This document shows positions 10,288 to 22,285 of a stretch of 27,321 nt of DNA, piece by piece. This DNA is from Pseudovirgaria hyperparasitica. Lineage: Eukaryota. A model generated the notes under the pieces. The model was not told the DNA's origin, did not search any database, and was given only the letters and a program-made list of their open reading frames with translations. A program made the position numbers and the translations under genes. The first letter of the stretch is position 1. Each line of letters begins with the position of its first letter. Location: NCBI GenBank assembly GCA_010093815.1, contig ML996566.1; one strand, given 5' to 3'.

Positions 10288-13200
10288 GAGACTAAGATAC
10301 ACTCCTAATTATATAGATAAATATATAGTATAAACGTAAGAACTAGGTAACACTCCTTAAGGAGACCGGAGCTATAATACTCGCTATATAGGAGCTATAT
10401 AAACACTACCAGACGAACAAACCAATAACATACCTAGGATATTATATAATACACCCCCTAGGACCGGAGAGGAGAGTCCTCTTCTATATCTATAAGTCTA
10501 TTCTACTCTTATTATGGTCGTATACTAAACGGGATAACCTCCGGATAATACTATACCTCTAGACGAATATCGGACCCCTCCATATACATAATATATATAA
10601 TTAGAACTAATCGCTTTAGGCGGATAACATGCTTAAGGGCACTACCGAGCTAGGATAACACATCCTCCTAGGAGACTTTAACCTCTATTATAGCTAGTAG
10701 GGTAGACTAACTATTACCCGCGAAGAGCTTCGAGCTAGAGAACTACGCACCTAATACTATGGCTTCCTATACCTTCTTATACTAGTAGAATAGATTACCT
10801 GGCGAAAACATAAATAAGATAAGGGCGGATCCACACTCGACCTCACCCTAGCCACTAGACATATTTATAATAGGACTTAATACTACCGCCTAAGCCTTAT
10901 ATAGATAGACTCTAACCACGAATATATAGAGACCATAATAGACGTATCCACCCCTTAAGACTAACGAGGGCGATAGCTATAGAAGGATACTAACTAGGAA
11001 AAGTATCTAAAGGACCTAGAATCGACGATCCTAGACCCGTCTATAGTCGACGTATCTAATGGCCCGGCCATTAACCAGGCCGTGAATATACTCCTATAGG
11101 CGTACTAGGGAGTAAGAGATAAACACGTGCCGTACCGAATATATAGACCCCTAGACCCGAAAAGCATACCTTAAGTGCGAGAGCATAGGCGAGAAGTCCG
11201 GAGATTATATATACGCGTATACTATAACCGTATACCTAAAGCGTAGGATGAATAGAGAGAGACGAGAAGATAATAAGATAAGGTCCTCCGCAACGAGCGA
11301 CGTAAATAGTAGCGTATAGTTACGGATAGATATACACGTAATACTACTAGACTATAGTATATAGTAAAATAGGCTAAAAGTACCGCCTCCCCGATATCTA
11401 TACCACTTATACCCCCCCTTATATATTAAGAAAAGACGTACTCCACGAGCCTCGAGAAAATAGAGATCCTATAAGAGGTTATATTCCCTCTCCTAGAACC
11501 TATAGATCTATTAGATATTAACGGCACGGAATACCTAGAAGCTATAAGTATCCCTAGGGAAATCACGGACGACGATATACTTAGCGCTATTAAGACACTC
11601 CCGAATAATAAAGCGCCCGGGCTAGACGGAATTCTAAATCGATGCCTTAAGAGAACTATATAGGCGACCTTACTAATTATAGGCTATATATTCCGAGCGT
11701 ACGCCCGTATAGAATACCACCTATAGAGCTTCCGAACTATATATATGGTTATACTTCTAAAACTAGGGAAGAGCCTAAACACGCCGAAGGGATAGAGGCC
11801 GATCGCCCTTCTCTTCTACCTTAGCAAGGTACTAGAAGCCACGATTACTAAGAAGATAAGTATAGTAGTATAGGTACACGGCCTTCTCCTAGTAAACCAG
11901 AAGGTAAAGGTAGGAAGCTCCCTAATTATAGCTATTTAACACATCCTCGAGGTTATCTAGACTATATAGAAATAAGGACGAGTCGTTACGCTACTCTCCC
12001 TAGACATAGTAGGGGCGTTTAATAAGGTAAACTATATAAGACTTATCCATAACCTCCGGATAAGGCGAATACCTAAGTGGATTATACGATTTATATAGTC
12101 CTTCCTCGCGTAAAGGACTACTTAAATATATATCCCCGGATACCGAAGCGAATATAAGGAGACGGTATACGGCATCCCATAAGGGAGCACCATCTCCCCG
12201 ATTCTCTTCCTCTTCTTTATAGTAGACCTCCTTTAGAGAATAGAATATATAGAGGTAGTTAGATACGCGGACGATATATACCTCCTCACGGTCGATAGTA
12301 GTACTAGTAGAATATATACACGACTCGAACGAGACCACGAGAAATACGTCTAGTGGGTAAAGTACCACGGAGTAAAATTCGCACCTGAAAAATACTAGCT
12401 TATATACTTTATTAACCGCCGTAGAGGATAGGCTACTAGGGAGGGGGCACGTCGCCCCTAAATCGACGCCTTTATAGAACTACCAGTATAGAGTATACGA
12501 GCACTCGGCGTTATAATCGATAATAAGCTAAAATAGGGACTATAGGTGGCATACGCCGTCTCTAGAGCCCTCTAGATAGAAACCACTATACGCTAGATTA
12601 CGGCATCCATATAGGGAACAGCCTAGAATAAGGCGAGATAGCTATACGTCTCCCTAGCACGCCTAGCCTTTATATATGGACACGAGTACTAGTATACGGC
12701 CCTTATATAAGCTTAGCGGGTAAAGCTTAAGTCTATATAAAACCGTATACTCCGCCTTATCTCCGGCGTATATAAAGCTACTAATATAATACTTCTCTAA
12801 CGCGAGATAAACGTAACGAGTATATAGAACTTCTACTAGATATAGAGACTTATATACTTTACTAAATAATAAGTATAAGAACGTGGAGGAGATAGGGTAT
12901 ATACCTTCGCTATACTACGCACACGTATCCGCGCGTATTACTAGGCCCTCCCTACTATAGAATAAACTCGAGTATAATATAAATACTATATAGAGGTAGA
13001 CTCGAGCTAGACCGTATAGAAGGTTCGAAATAACCCGGATACCGTTCTAAGCTAATAGAGCCCTAAGAAGCTTAGCCGCGTTATACGGTTATAGATCTAG
13101 AATAAATAGAGGGAGATACTTAAAGCCTAGTAGGCCTCCTAATAGGATAGGTATCTAGAATAGATCCGAGGGCCTTAGAAGGAACCGAGTAAATAGATAT

Positions 13201-13474
13201 ATAAAGGGCTTACGAAGGCCTAAGTATCCATACTCCTCTAAGCCCGAATAGGCGCTATAGGTCTTCTATATTACCTCTACTAGAGAGGCGTCCTAGATAT
13301 ATCTCCCTAGTACGAGGACTACGGCCGGAGAGATATAATACGCCACTACCTCGCGACGTGCTCTAGCCTCTATACCCTAAGATAAGCCCTCGTCCGTATA
13401 ATAAGAACCTCCGATATCACGCGATAGCTTAATAAGTACCCTAAGGACGTCGCCCGATAGATACTTATATATCA
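10284..13474 (+). pseudogene. LINE copy 1 ORF2 (AP endonuclease, RT, C-terminal Cys/His knuckle; no RNase H recognised)
   Basis: Frame +3: AIQEP, LLGDFNLHH, STLDLT, DSDH; KAPGPDGIPN, WRPIALLSCLGKVLE, LDMAGAFDKV, GIPQGSTISPILF; intact YADD at 12264-12275; CxxC...H...C near 13310-13362. Confidence 0.93.
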
Positions 13475-13974
13475 TTATAGCTTATATTCGACCGTTTATT
13501 ACGAATTATACGGCTTATCTCTATTAAGTTATCTTAATAGAAAGAGATCTACTAGCGTATAGTCCCTACTAGCTAGGCCTCTAGTAATAGAGATTACCTA
13601 GTATCTAAGGTATAACTTCTATCCTACTATATACTCTAGACCTTTATATATATATATTTACCTCTATCTATATATATATATATATAAAGGGAACCTTTTA
13701 ATTATTATATTAAAGGGGACTCTATTATTTATTATAGAAAAGAACTTCTTATACCCTAACGGACCAAACTAGTCAATTCGGGGTAAAACAGCGATTTACA
13801 TACATTAAATAATAGAGTACACCGAGTATAACAACCTCCGACATACGTGCGTACGTGTAGTATATAATACGCGATAATACCGACGTATAGAGATACTATA
13901 TATATATACTCGAAGACTCTTCGATAATATAAGTATAGACTATATCTAATAAACGCCGATACGCCGACCCCCTT

Positions 13975-14005
13975 TTATTAGTTAAGGGCTACCCTTAACT
14001 AATAA
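13975..14005. repeat. 31-bp palindrome, copy 2 (centre CTA)
   Basis: TTATTAGTTAAGGG-CTA-CCCTTAACTAATAA. Confidence 0.95.
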
Positions 14006-14007
14006 CT

Positions 14008-14274
14008 ATAGCGGCCTTAGGTATTATAATACCCTAGTATACGCCGGATATACCCCTACTAGTACGGTAGAAACGGCTATATAGTAATATTAATATGGAT
14101 AGCCAGACACCTATCTAAAATATAGGAACTAACTAAGGGTGCGAAGCGCCATAGATAATCTAGACTAAGGGGACCCCGAGAGGGGAGACCCTCCTAGATA
14201 AAATTAAATACTAGGTAACACGTATAGAGAGGGACGCCGAGAAGGGAAAGAAGACCCTCCTTTATATATTCCGG
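14008..14274 (+). pseudogene. LINE copy 2 ORF1, 5' fragment
   Basis: Homologous to 8824-9090; joins in frame with 22291-23475 (267+1185 nt = 484 codons). Confidence 0.8.
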
Positions 14275-14514
14275 TATTAGGGTTAATACTAGGATAGACT
14301 CAACTAGACCACTATGGTCCAGTACGGTCCGTGACAGGTGGACCCAGGGTAAGCCAGCTAGAATAAGCGAGACCACTATATAAGTAGGCCGCATATACTT
14401 GATTCCTACTCTTTAGGAATTAACCTCGTTAGAAGAGTAGACTACCCTTCTAAATATATTCCCGAATCCTCCTATGACCTATTAGACTACTATCCTACGT
14501 CTATAATCCTTATA
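14275..14514 (+). repeat. 5' LTR of element C
   Basis: Matches 22046-22285 with 10 transitions by manual count; TATATAA at 14377-14383. Confidence 0.97.
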
Positions 14515-14516
14515 TT

Positions 14517-14525
14517 TTAATTCCT
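14517..14525 (+). promoter_or_regulatory. Putative self-priming PBS of element C
   Basis: TTAATTCCT is the exact reverse complement of AGGAATTAA at 14415-14423 in the LTR. Confidence 0.65.
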
Positions 14526-14555
14526 CTTTATATAGCACGACGGTAGTTTATAGGA

Positions 14556-15938
14556 ATGGCTCTAACCACTTATTATAACACTCGTGGCACCGCCTCTTAT
14601 GGTAGACCTTCTCCCAACCTAAACAAGGAGAATAGTCTACCTATAACTACCCCTACTAATAACTACATCTTATAGGCTATCGTACCGATAACTCGCACGA
14701 TATTCCGTGTAACTATAGAAGATGTTATAGAATACGAGGATGGAGTCTATTATACTCTATCTCGGTCTAGTTCGAACTATACTAGACCTAACCTTAATAT
14801 AAGGCTAGACCTTATTAACGTTAACGAGTTAATCCATTAGAATCGCCTAACGTTAACTACACCTTATAATAACGTGTATACTAGACTACACGAAGAGAGG
14901 TAACGACAGGTTTAACTCGAGTAATAACTACGCGAACTCGACGAAGCTCGAGGACGCACTACGAGACTTAAAGCTATATTACGCGCTTTAGTTCTAGTAA
15001 CGACTAATCTATATTTATATAGACCTATACCAACTAAAACGATCTATCCTAGTCTACTACTATCCCAATTACCCCGACCTAAGAAACCACCTTACTTCGA
15101 TGGTAAAAGTAGAAAGAGTTTCCACGTATAGGCTTACTAATATAGCCGATTCTTCCATCTATTCACGAACGATAGCGATAAAATTAGATTCGCCTAGAAC
15201 TACCTCGACCCGACGCCTTTAGAACGTTAGATGGTACACCGAATCGAATATTCTAAGGATGCCTATAACTAGGACACGTTTACCGAATTTCTCCTCTAAT
15301 ATTTTAGCGATAGGGCTAAACGACGCGACTAGGCCTAGAGCCATATCTTCGAGACTCGATAACGAGATAATTAGTTACCGTTATAACTCCTTAAATACCT
15401 TCGGCCCCTCTAGAGAGAAGCCGAAGAAGATCATATAATTTAATAGTACGACGACTTTAAACGGTCCCTCGCCCTAAATATAAAGAACCGTCTCGACCTT
15501 ATAACAATAATCCCTATAGACCTCTAAGCTCTTATAAATCTCGTGGAGCGATACTAGCGCATAATGAATAATTAACGCCGCGCTAGTGCACGACTATCCC
15601 TAACGATCCAATCTAACGTAAAATCGTCTAACTAAAACTAATTTAGTAATAGATCTCGCGGGACGTCACGAGGCTACTACTACGCCTCGAATTTAAAACC
15701 ACGCGGATCGTATCGTGGATCTCTCTACCAATTAATACATCGAGATACGAGGACCGACTCGCATAAATAATCTAAAGTTACTTACTATACCTATAGTAGA
15801 ATAGGCTATATAGTACCTAAGTGCCGTTTAGGGAAGCTACCGAGTGCTAATATAACTAACTAACTAGTTATATACTATAAGTGCTAGTAGCTAGGACACA
15901 TCGCGCCTAACTATCTAGTATAGAATATAAAAAACTAA
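14556..15938 (+). pseudogene. gag: gag of element C (two CCHC knuckles)
   Basis: ATG 14556 in frame with TAA 15936-15938; PKKPPYFDGKS; RIP-reversed CYTCGRMGHIAPEC and CYKCQQPGHIAPNC. Confidence 0.88.
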
Positions 15939-15990
15939 TAGCCTACGAGAAACCCTCGCGACTTATAGGCGCGACTATAATAGAGGGGTA
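15929..15990 (+). promoter_or_regulatory. -1 ribosomal frameshift signal of element C
   Basis: In-phase A AAA AAC (15929-15935) directly before the gag stop, 5-nt spacer, stem GCCTACGAG/CTTATAGGC; pol is in the -1 frame. Confidence 0.75.
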
Positions 15991-18900
15991 ATCCGCTAAA
16001 TAGTATATCGAACTATAGGCTAGACCCATTAAGGTCCCTCGTGGATAATATTAGACTATAATACTTAATAGTGGGTCGGCCACTAACGTTATATTAACCT
16101 AACGAGCACGAGAACTTAACGCTAATATCTAAGCTCCAATAGGTGCTATGTTCCATGGTATCGACGGTCCCATTAAGTTATACGGTACCTATACCATTAA
16201 ATACGGCATCTGGGATAGCGGAGGGAAATGGAAACTCTACTACTTAACCTTCATTGTGGTAGATAGTCCCTTCGATATAATCCTAGGTATGCTATGGCTT
16301 AAGAAATATAACCTAAAACTAGACTTCCTTAAGAAGATAGCTGGCTGGCGTATAAATCTACCTTAATAGGAACTAGTGTAGCTTGTCAACGACGAACAAT
16401 TCTAGAAAGATTACGAGAAGGCGATCTCTACTATCTACGTACTCTTACTCACGTAAAATAGCGAGCTTAGTATTAAAGCGGACGAAAACCTACTATATTA
16501 GTATAAAATATACTAACATGTCGCGTCAGCGATCGATTCCTCCGAACTACCTTAATACTAACCTACCGACCTTGCTATTGATCTCGAAGACGGCTAGTAA
16601 CCTCTATATAGACCTATCTACCCTCTTTTAGAACCTGAGTTATAAGCCCTTCAAGAATATATTAAAAAGAACCTTACGTAAGGATAGATTAGGCCTAGTA
16701 TATCTCTAGCCGGAGCTCTAATCCTCTTTATAAAGAAGAAGGATAGGAGCCTCCGTCTGTGTGTTAACTACCGTGGCCTAAATAATATCACGCGAAAGAA
16801 TCGTTATCTACTACCTCTTATCTCCGAGTCTATTAATAGACTAGAACGCGTAAAGATCTTTACTAAGCTCGATCTACATGACGCCTACTATCGCCTTCGC
16901 ATTAAGGAAGGCGACGAATAGAAAACGGCTTTTAGGACCTATTATAGATACTTTAAGTATACCGTGGTCCCTTTTAGACTAACTAACGCGCTAGGTACCT
17001 TCTAAGCATATATTAATAACGCGCTAGCAGGCCTACTCGACACGACATGTATCGTGTACCTAGATAATATCCTTATCTTCTTAGATAACGAGGAGGAGTA
17101 TATCTAGTACGTACATACAGTCCTAGATAGGCTAGAAAAGTATAAGCTATATATTAAGCTATCTAAATGCGAGTTCCATTAGGACCATGTTAACTTTCTT
17201 AGCTTCGTTATTACTAATCAAGGTATAACCATAGAGAGAGATAGAGTTACTACTATTATGGACTGGTCTAAACCAAAATCCGTTCGAGATATACGTGTCT
17301 TTATTAGCTTCGCTAACTACTACCGAAAATTTATTAAACACTTCTTCCGTTTAGCCGCACCACTTAATGCGCGTACTACTACTACCGACTTATCTATTAT
17401 GGTCCGTGGTGGATAGAAACAGCGTAATATCAAATCATAACCTATTAAATTAACTAAGGTTAAAAGAACATCCTTCGAGAAGATTAAAGAAGCATTCCTA
17501 ACCGCCCTATTACTAGTATACTTCGACCTAACTAAACCTATTCGCGTCGAAACTAATGTATTAGGATTTATAATCTCGGATATACTCTCCTAGCCTAGAC
17601 TAATAGAGTCTAAAAAGGTCTAATAGTATCTAGTTGCGTTTTTCTCGCGCAAGATAGCCGACGTCGAGACTAGATATACTATTTATAACTAAGAGCTACT
17701 AGTAATAGTAGAGTCGTTTAAGTAGTGGTAATATTATCTTAAAGGTACTATATATAACGTTAAGTTACTAACTAATTACTATAACTTAAAGGGGTTTATG
17801 AGCATGACGGTTTTAAATCGTCGATAGATTTAATAGGCTAAGTAGCTTATAAATTTCTACTTTATAATCTACTATCGACCTAGAAGTATAAACCTAGCTA
17901 ATAGAATATTAAGAAGACCTAACTATGAAGAAGGCGCCTAGGATTATAGTAGCTATAGGGTCCTAGAGTAGCTATAGACCCAACTCTTAAGGATAAGGTT
18001 AGATAATGAGTTATCCGACGATTAGCGAGATGCTAACGCCGATGCCGGTAATTAAATTTATGAGACCGAAGCCGGTAACTAAAGACGCGGTACCGAAGTC
18101 CCTAGCGAGCCATTTATCGGCGCTATTAGAGAGGGCGATAGTGCCCGGCGTGTATATTAAGTAGACCTCGCCTAGTTAATCGTGGATCTATAAAAGATAG
18201 ACCCGACAGTTTTAAAGTTACGTAAAATATAGTAAGATAGGTTATTACGGACTAAAGTAGACTATAAGTGGACCTTCGTGGACGGCTTACTCTACTACGA
18301 TGGAAAGTACTATATACCGATAGGCAACGCACGATTTACCGTAGTTAGCCGATACCATAACGCTAACCTAGTAGGACATTTCGGGTATATACGCACCCTA
18401 AGCTCGATTTATTAGTACTATTTTTAGGAAGATATACCTAAGTATATCGAAGAATAGATAGCTACTTATCCGATTTATTAAAGAATAAAGGCACCTAGGC
18501 ATAAGCCATATAGGAACTTACAGCCTCTACTAGTCCCCCTCTTTATATAGGAAGATATTACTATAGATTTTATAGTTAACTTACCTCTAAGCGAGATGCT
18601 TAGGATAAGTTATAATTTAATTCTTATTATCGTGGATAGACTTATAAAGATATCTAGGTACGTCCCTATGTAGAAGACGATTACATTAAAAGAACTAGCA
18701 CAAGTATTCTAGAATAAGATTATTAAGGTCCATGGTATACTAAAAAGGATCGTTACGGACCGAGGGAGTACATTCACGTCCAAATTCTAGACGTTATTCT
18801 GCGAAATGGCCGGCATAAATAGAAATATATTAATAGTATTCCATCTATAAACAGATGGTTAGATAGAGCGATAGAACCAAATGCTCGAGGCCTACCTTCG

Positions 18901-19795
18901 TGCATTCTACAATTTCGAATAAGATAACTAGGCCTCTCTACTAAGCATAGTAGAATTCGCGTATAATAATAGTCGTTATAGTATAATAGGTGTCACGCCC
19001 TTCTAGGCAAACCTAGGACGTAGTCTAAGGACAGGTTTCGAACCTTACACGGTCTAGTTCGACCGAACGATAGATGTTAACGTCCACGCGCAGGAACTAG
19101 CGATTAAAATCTTTAAAACCGCACGCAACTATCGCGTAATAATCTAGTAAGCGAATAAGTCGTATATAAAGTACTATAATAGATTAGTTAAAGATTAAGC
19201 GTACGAGGAGAGAGACGAAGTCCTCCTTAACGTCTATAATATACGAACGTTAAGAGTGAATAAAAAGCTCGATTATAAAATGGCTAGTCCCTTCCGAATC
19301 AAACGTTACATCGGCATAAGAGCCTACGAGCTCGACCTAGGAAACGACATGAAAGTCTATAATGTATTCTACGTCTTATTACTTAAAAGGTTTCGATCTA
19401 ACGTGTATAAACGCACGAACGTGTAATTACACTCTATTATGCCCTAAGATAGACTAGACGTGTACGAAGTGGACTATATTATCGAACATAGGCTCGATAA
19501 GAACGGTGTCTAAAAGTATCGAATCTATTGGAAGAACTACACCGAGGATAAGGACACCTAGGAACCTACGGTGTATATCTTAAGTGCCGCGATAGCTATA
19601 TATAAATAGAGGTTATAGGATAACACGTTACTACCATAAACCTAGCGCCGTTAGGGCCGTCGTAAAAAGAAGAAGGATGCCGTAGAGAACGAAGTGTTAA
19701 ATCACGAATCCTAAACGCACACTAGGAAAACTCTATAAGGCAGCCCTATAATTTAAGCGATGCACGGTTACCAAACGCGAAGAAAACGTAAATAA
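15929..19795 (+). pseudogene. pol: pol of element C (protease, RT, RNase H, integrase, chromodomain)
   Basis: Frame +2: LDSGSATNV; ORF 16148-16366 is the protease C-half (FDIILGM.WL); SLRLCVDYRGLN; YLDD seen as TAC CTA GAT AAT at 17057-17068; VETDASGF; GHFG, ITMDF, IVTDRG, FHPQTDGQTERQN; GPF; chromodomain VYEVDYII...HWKNY...DTWEP (~19460-19570); ends RRKRK*. Confidence 0.95.
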
Positions 19796-19952
19796 CCGTT
19801 ATAGACACGCGACGCGATATATTATAATAGAATAACATGGAGAAGTCTAGAATGGACTAATATAGACTATTACACACGAGAAGAACATAGAACTAAGAAA
19901 CTAAAAAGGTACCCTACTACGGAATTAAACTCGTAATATATAACATAAAAGG

Positions 19953-20002
19953 TTAGAGTACCCGAACCGATAACCACTAGGCCACTGGTTCGGGTACTCT
20001 AA
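19953..20002. repeat. Inverted repeat with 16-bp perfect arms between the pol end and the antisense gene end
   Basis: TTAGAGTACCCGAACC (19953-19968), 18-nt loop, GGTTCGGGTACTCTAA (19987-20002). Confidence 0.9.
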
Positions 20003-20253
20003 TATAATTTAGAGAGATAAACTAATTTATATACGATGCCCACACTTAAGTAACTCAAAGGAAATTAGAATCTAAAATTCAATAGTTATAGAATAAATAA
20101 GAACGCATATAATATCATTAAGTTAAGAATTAAATTACTAGAAAACTAGTAGATAGGTATCTAAACGGTCTAAAAAGGACTAAAACGGACAGAAACCAGG
20201 TAGATAGAGCCAACACACACCATATAGAAACCCTAGTAAACAGAGCCATAGAG

Positions 20254-21558
20254 CTACTCCTCTATCTTATTATTACTCTTAGAGCGTAGTAAACGAACTA
20301 ACCGAGTAATAGAGCGACGGAGGTTAGAGACCTTATCCTCTAGAGTAACCACGCGCTCGGTTAGAGCCTAGTAAGACGACGACTAAGCGCTAGAGCGGAG
20401 CGACTAGACCTAAAGTTAGCTAACACGGTCTAGAATAATCTAGAATAGAATATATACCCTCTTACGAGGTAACTTAGAAGGAGAACTAGTAGATCTCTTA
20501 CGAGACCCGTTAGTAGCACGAGGTAGGCGGGAAGGAATAGCACGAATCTCTTCTGCGGCCTTAGTAGCCAAAACCGACTCCCTAGAATAGGTAGCCTAAG
20601 CGCTAGGAATCTCGCGGCGACTGAAAATTATAAGCTAAGGCTAATAATAATTAACGGTTTCTAAACTTACACTTTAATAACCTCTAGAAAGAGCTTATAG
20701 CGCTCCCTAAACTCCCTACGCATAGAAGCTAGGTAACCGCTAGAACCGCCGAGAGTCTCGCGGACGCGAAGATCGTTATATATATCTTATACACGAATAG
20801 GAACCTAAAAACGTATTAGCATGGATGACTTTAGATTACCCTAGACTAAAATAGCCTAATAGACTTATCTAAAGACAAACTTTACCGAGGACGGTATAGC
20901 GGCGGTAGCGGGTAGGGAGCTTAAAGATTAGGTATATAGGCCCGTCGCGGTTAGTAGAGTAGTAGCTAATACTAGAGTTAGAGCGGAAGAGATATTTAGA
21001 GCTGGTGGCGTGAGCCTTAATATACTTAAAGTATATCGAACCGTAGTTCGCCGTTTTCCTATGGCGTAAACCGCGACCACGTTTAGTATCTTCGGCGACC
21101 TAGGCCTTATTATTACTAGGGCTAGGTTTAGAGCGAATATTAAGGTCCTAAAAGGACCTAGAGTAACTAAGTCGGTCTATGTTAGACCGAAAAGAGGAAC
21201 GGCGTTTAGAGCGAGGCGGCGAAGGCGTGAACTCTCGATTATCGTCTACGACGAGATCTTCTTTATCCTCTAAAGAAGGTAGAGTAGATAGGCGGCGCGA
21301 GTAGGTGTAGGTAGGCTTTATAGCTACCTCTTCCGTAATACTAGTACTAGGATTACCTAGATTAGAGCGACCAGTGGCCACGTTAGTAGTAATAGTAGTA
21401 GTAGCCTTAGCTACCTTCTTCTCTAACTTAGAGCGTGCCTTTATACCACTATAATAAGTGGATTTTTTGGCCGGTGTAGCCGGGGTAGAGGCAATCCCTT
21501 TAGAGCGAGTCTTGCGAGAGGAGGAGGTAGGCTTAGGAATAGAACTAGTATTAGATAT
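20254..21558 (-). pseudogene. Antisense 4-exon accessory gene of element C (~380 aa): basic/Ser-rich N-terminus, Zn(II)2Cys6-like cluster, C-terminal coiled coil
   Basis: Exons 21558-20869, 20804-20671, 20620-20458, 20409-20254 (690+134+163+156 nt = 381 codons). Introns of 64 nt (donor seen as ATAAGT, GCTAAT, TAG), 50 nt (GTAAGT..CAG) and 48 nt (GTATAT, GCTAAC, TAG). ORF-track hit 21148-21381 is part of exon 1. Confidence 0.78.
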
Positions 21559-22028
21559 CTATACACACACGTTAGCTAGAGATCTAAGAGTAGAATACTC
21601 GTTCAGTCTTAAAGGCGATTAAAAAAGCTAAATCAGTAACCGTAATAACGCGAATAGATTACATAGGACCAGCTCTAACGAAAATAGACCACTCTAGACC
21701 CGAACGGATCTAAACTAAAGGAGATAGTATACGAATTAACGACTTACCTTAAGAGTAAGGTAGATATACTAGAGAAGAAAATTCAGAATAAGAGAACTAA
21801 ATATAAGCTTAGTTAATATAGCGGTTACATGACCCGCGGAGCTACCTCTAAGGCAGTAGCTATGAAGTAAGGGATGAGCGCGTATATAAATAAAAGTAAA
21901 CTAGAGCTCGAGTTTACCGATATAAAGACTATCAATAATATTATATAGATTCAATTAGATGCGCGTATAAACATAACGCTTATAGAATTACGGATTTATA
22001 TATAGCTAAGTACTTCGGGGCGAAGCAT

Positions 22029-22042
22029 AAAAAGAAGAAGGA
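22029..22042 (+). promoter_or_regulatory. Polypurine tract of element C
   Basis: AAAAAGAAGAAGGA, 3 nt before the 3' LTR. Confidence 0.85.
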
Positions 22043-22045
22043 TAT

Positions 22046-22285
22046 TATTAGGGTTAACACTAGGATAGACTTAACTAGACCACTATGGTCTAGTACGGTC
22101 CGTGATAGGTGGACCCAGGGTAAGCTAGCTAGAATAAGCGAGACCACTATATAAGTAGGCCGCACATACTTAATTCCTACTCTTTAGGAATCAACCTCGT
22201 TAGGAGAGTAGACTACCCTTCTAAATATATTCCCGAATCCTCCTATGACCTGTTAGACTACTATCCTACGTCTATAATCCTTATA
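22046..22285 (+). repeat. 3' LTR of element C
   Basis: Direct repeat of 14275-14514, followed by the TSD TCCGG. Confidence 0.97.

Larger units (their letters stand above)
8543..13474 (+). mobile_element. Tad-like non-LTR retrotransposon (LINE) copy 1, 5'-complete and 3'-truncated
   Basis: ORF1 plus ORF2, collinear with copy 2; flanked by the 17-bp direct repeat TTATAGCTTATATTCGA (8526-8542 and 13475-13491). Confidence 0.92.
14275..22285 (+). mobile_element. Complete Ty3/Gypsy chromovirus 'C' (8011 bp), RIP-inactivated
   Basis: Two 240-bp LTRs, 5-bp TSD TCCGG (14270-14274 and 22286-22290), gag, pol, PPT. Confidence 0.97.

Noticed and set aside
12000..12368. Minus-strand ORF (122 aa)
   Set aside because: Antisense to the conserved LINE RT core; no independent evidence.
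13645..13686. (TA)n runs
   Set aside because: Expected end product of RIP; no evidence of function.
14194..14394. Minus-strand ORF MRPTYIVVSL... and its twin at 21980-22165
   Set aside because: Both start inside the duplicated LTR and run across the LTR boundary into unrelated sequence.
16383..16631. Plus-strand 82-aa ORF
   Set aside because: Frame +3 overlapping the frame +2 pol; no recognisable motif.
17159..17341. Minus-strand 60-aa ORF
   Set aside because: Antisense to the RT of element C.
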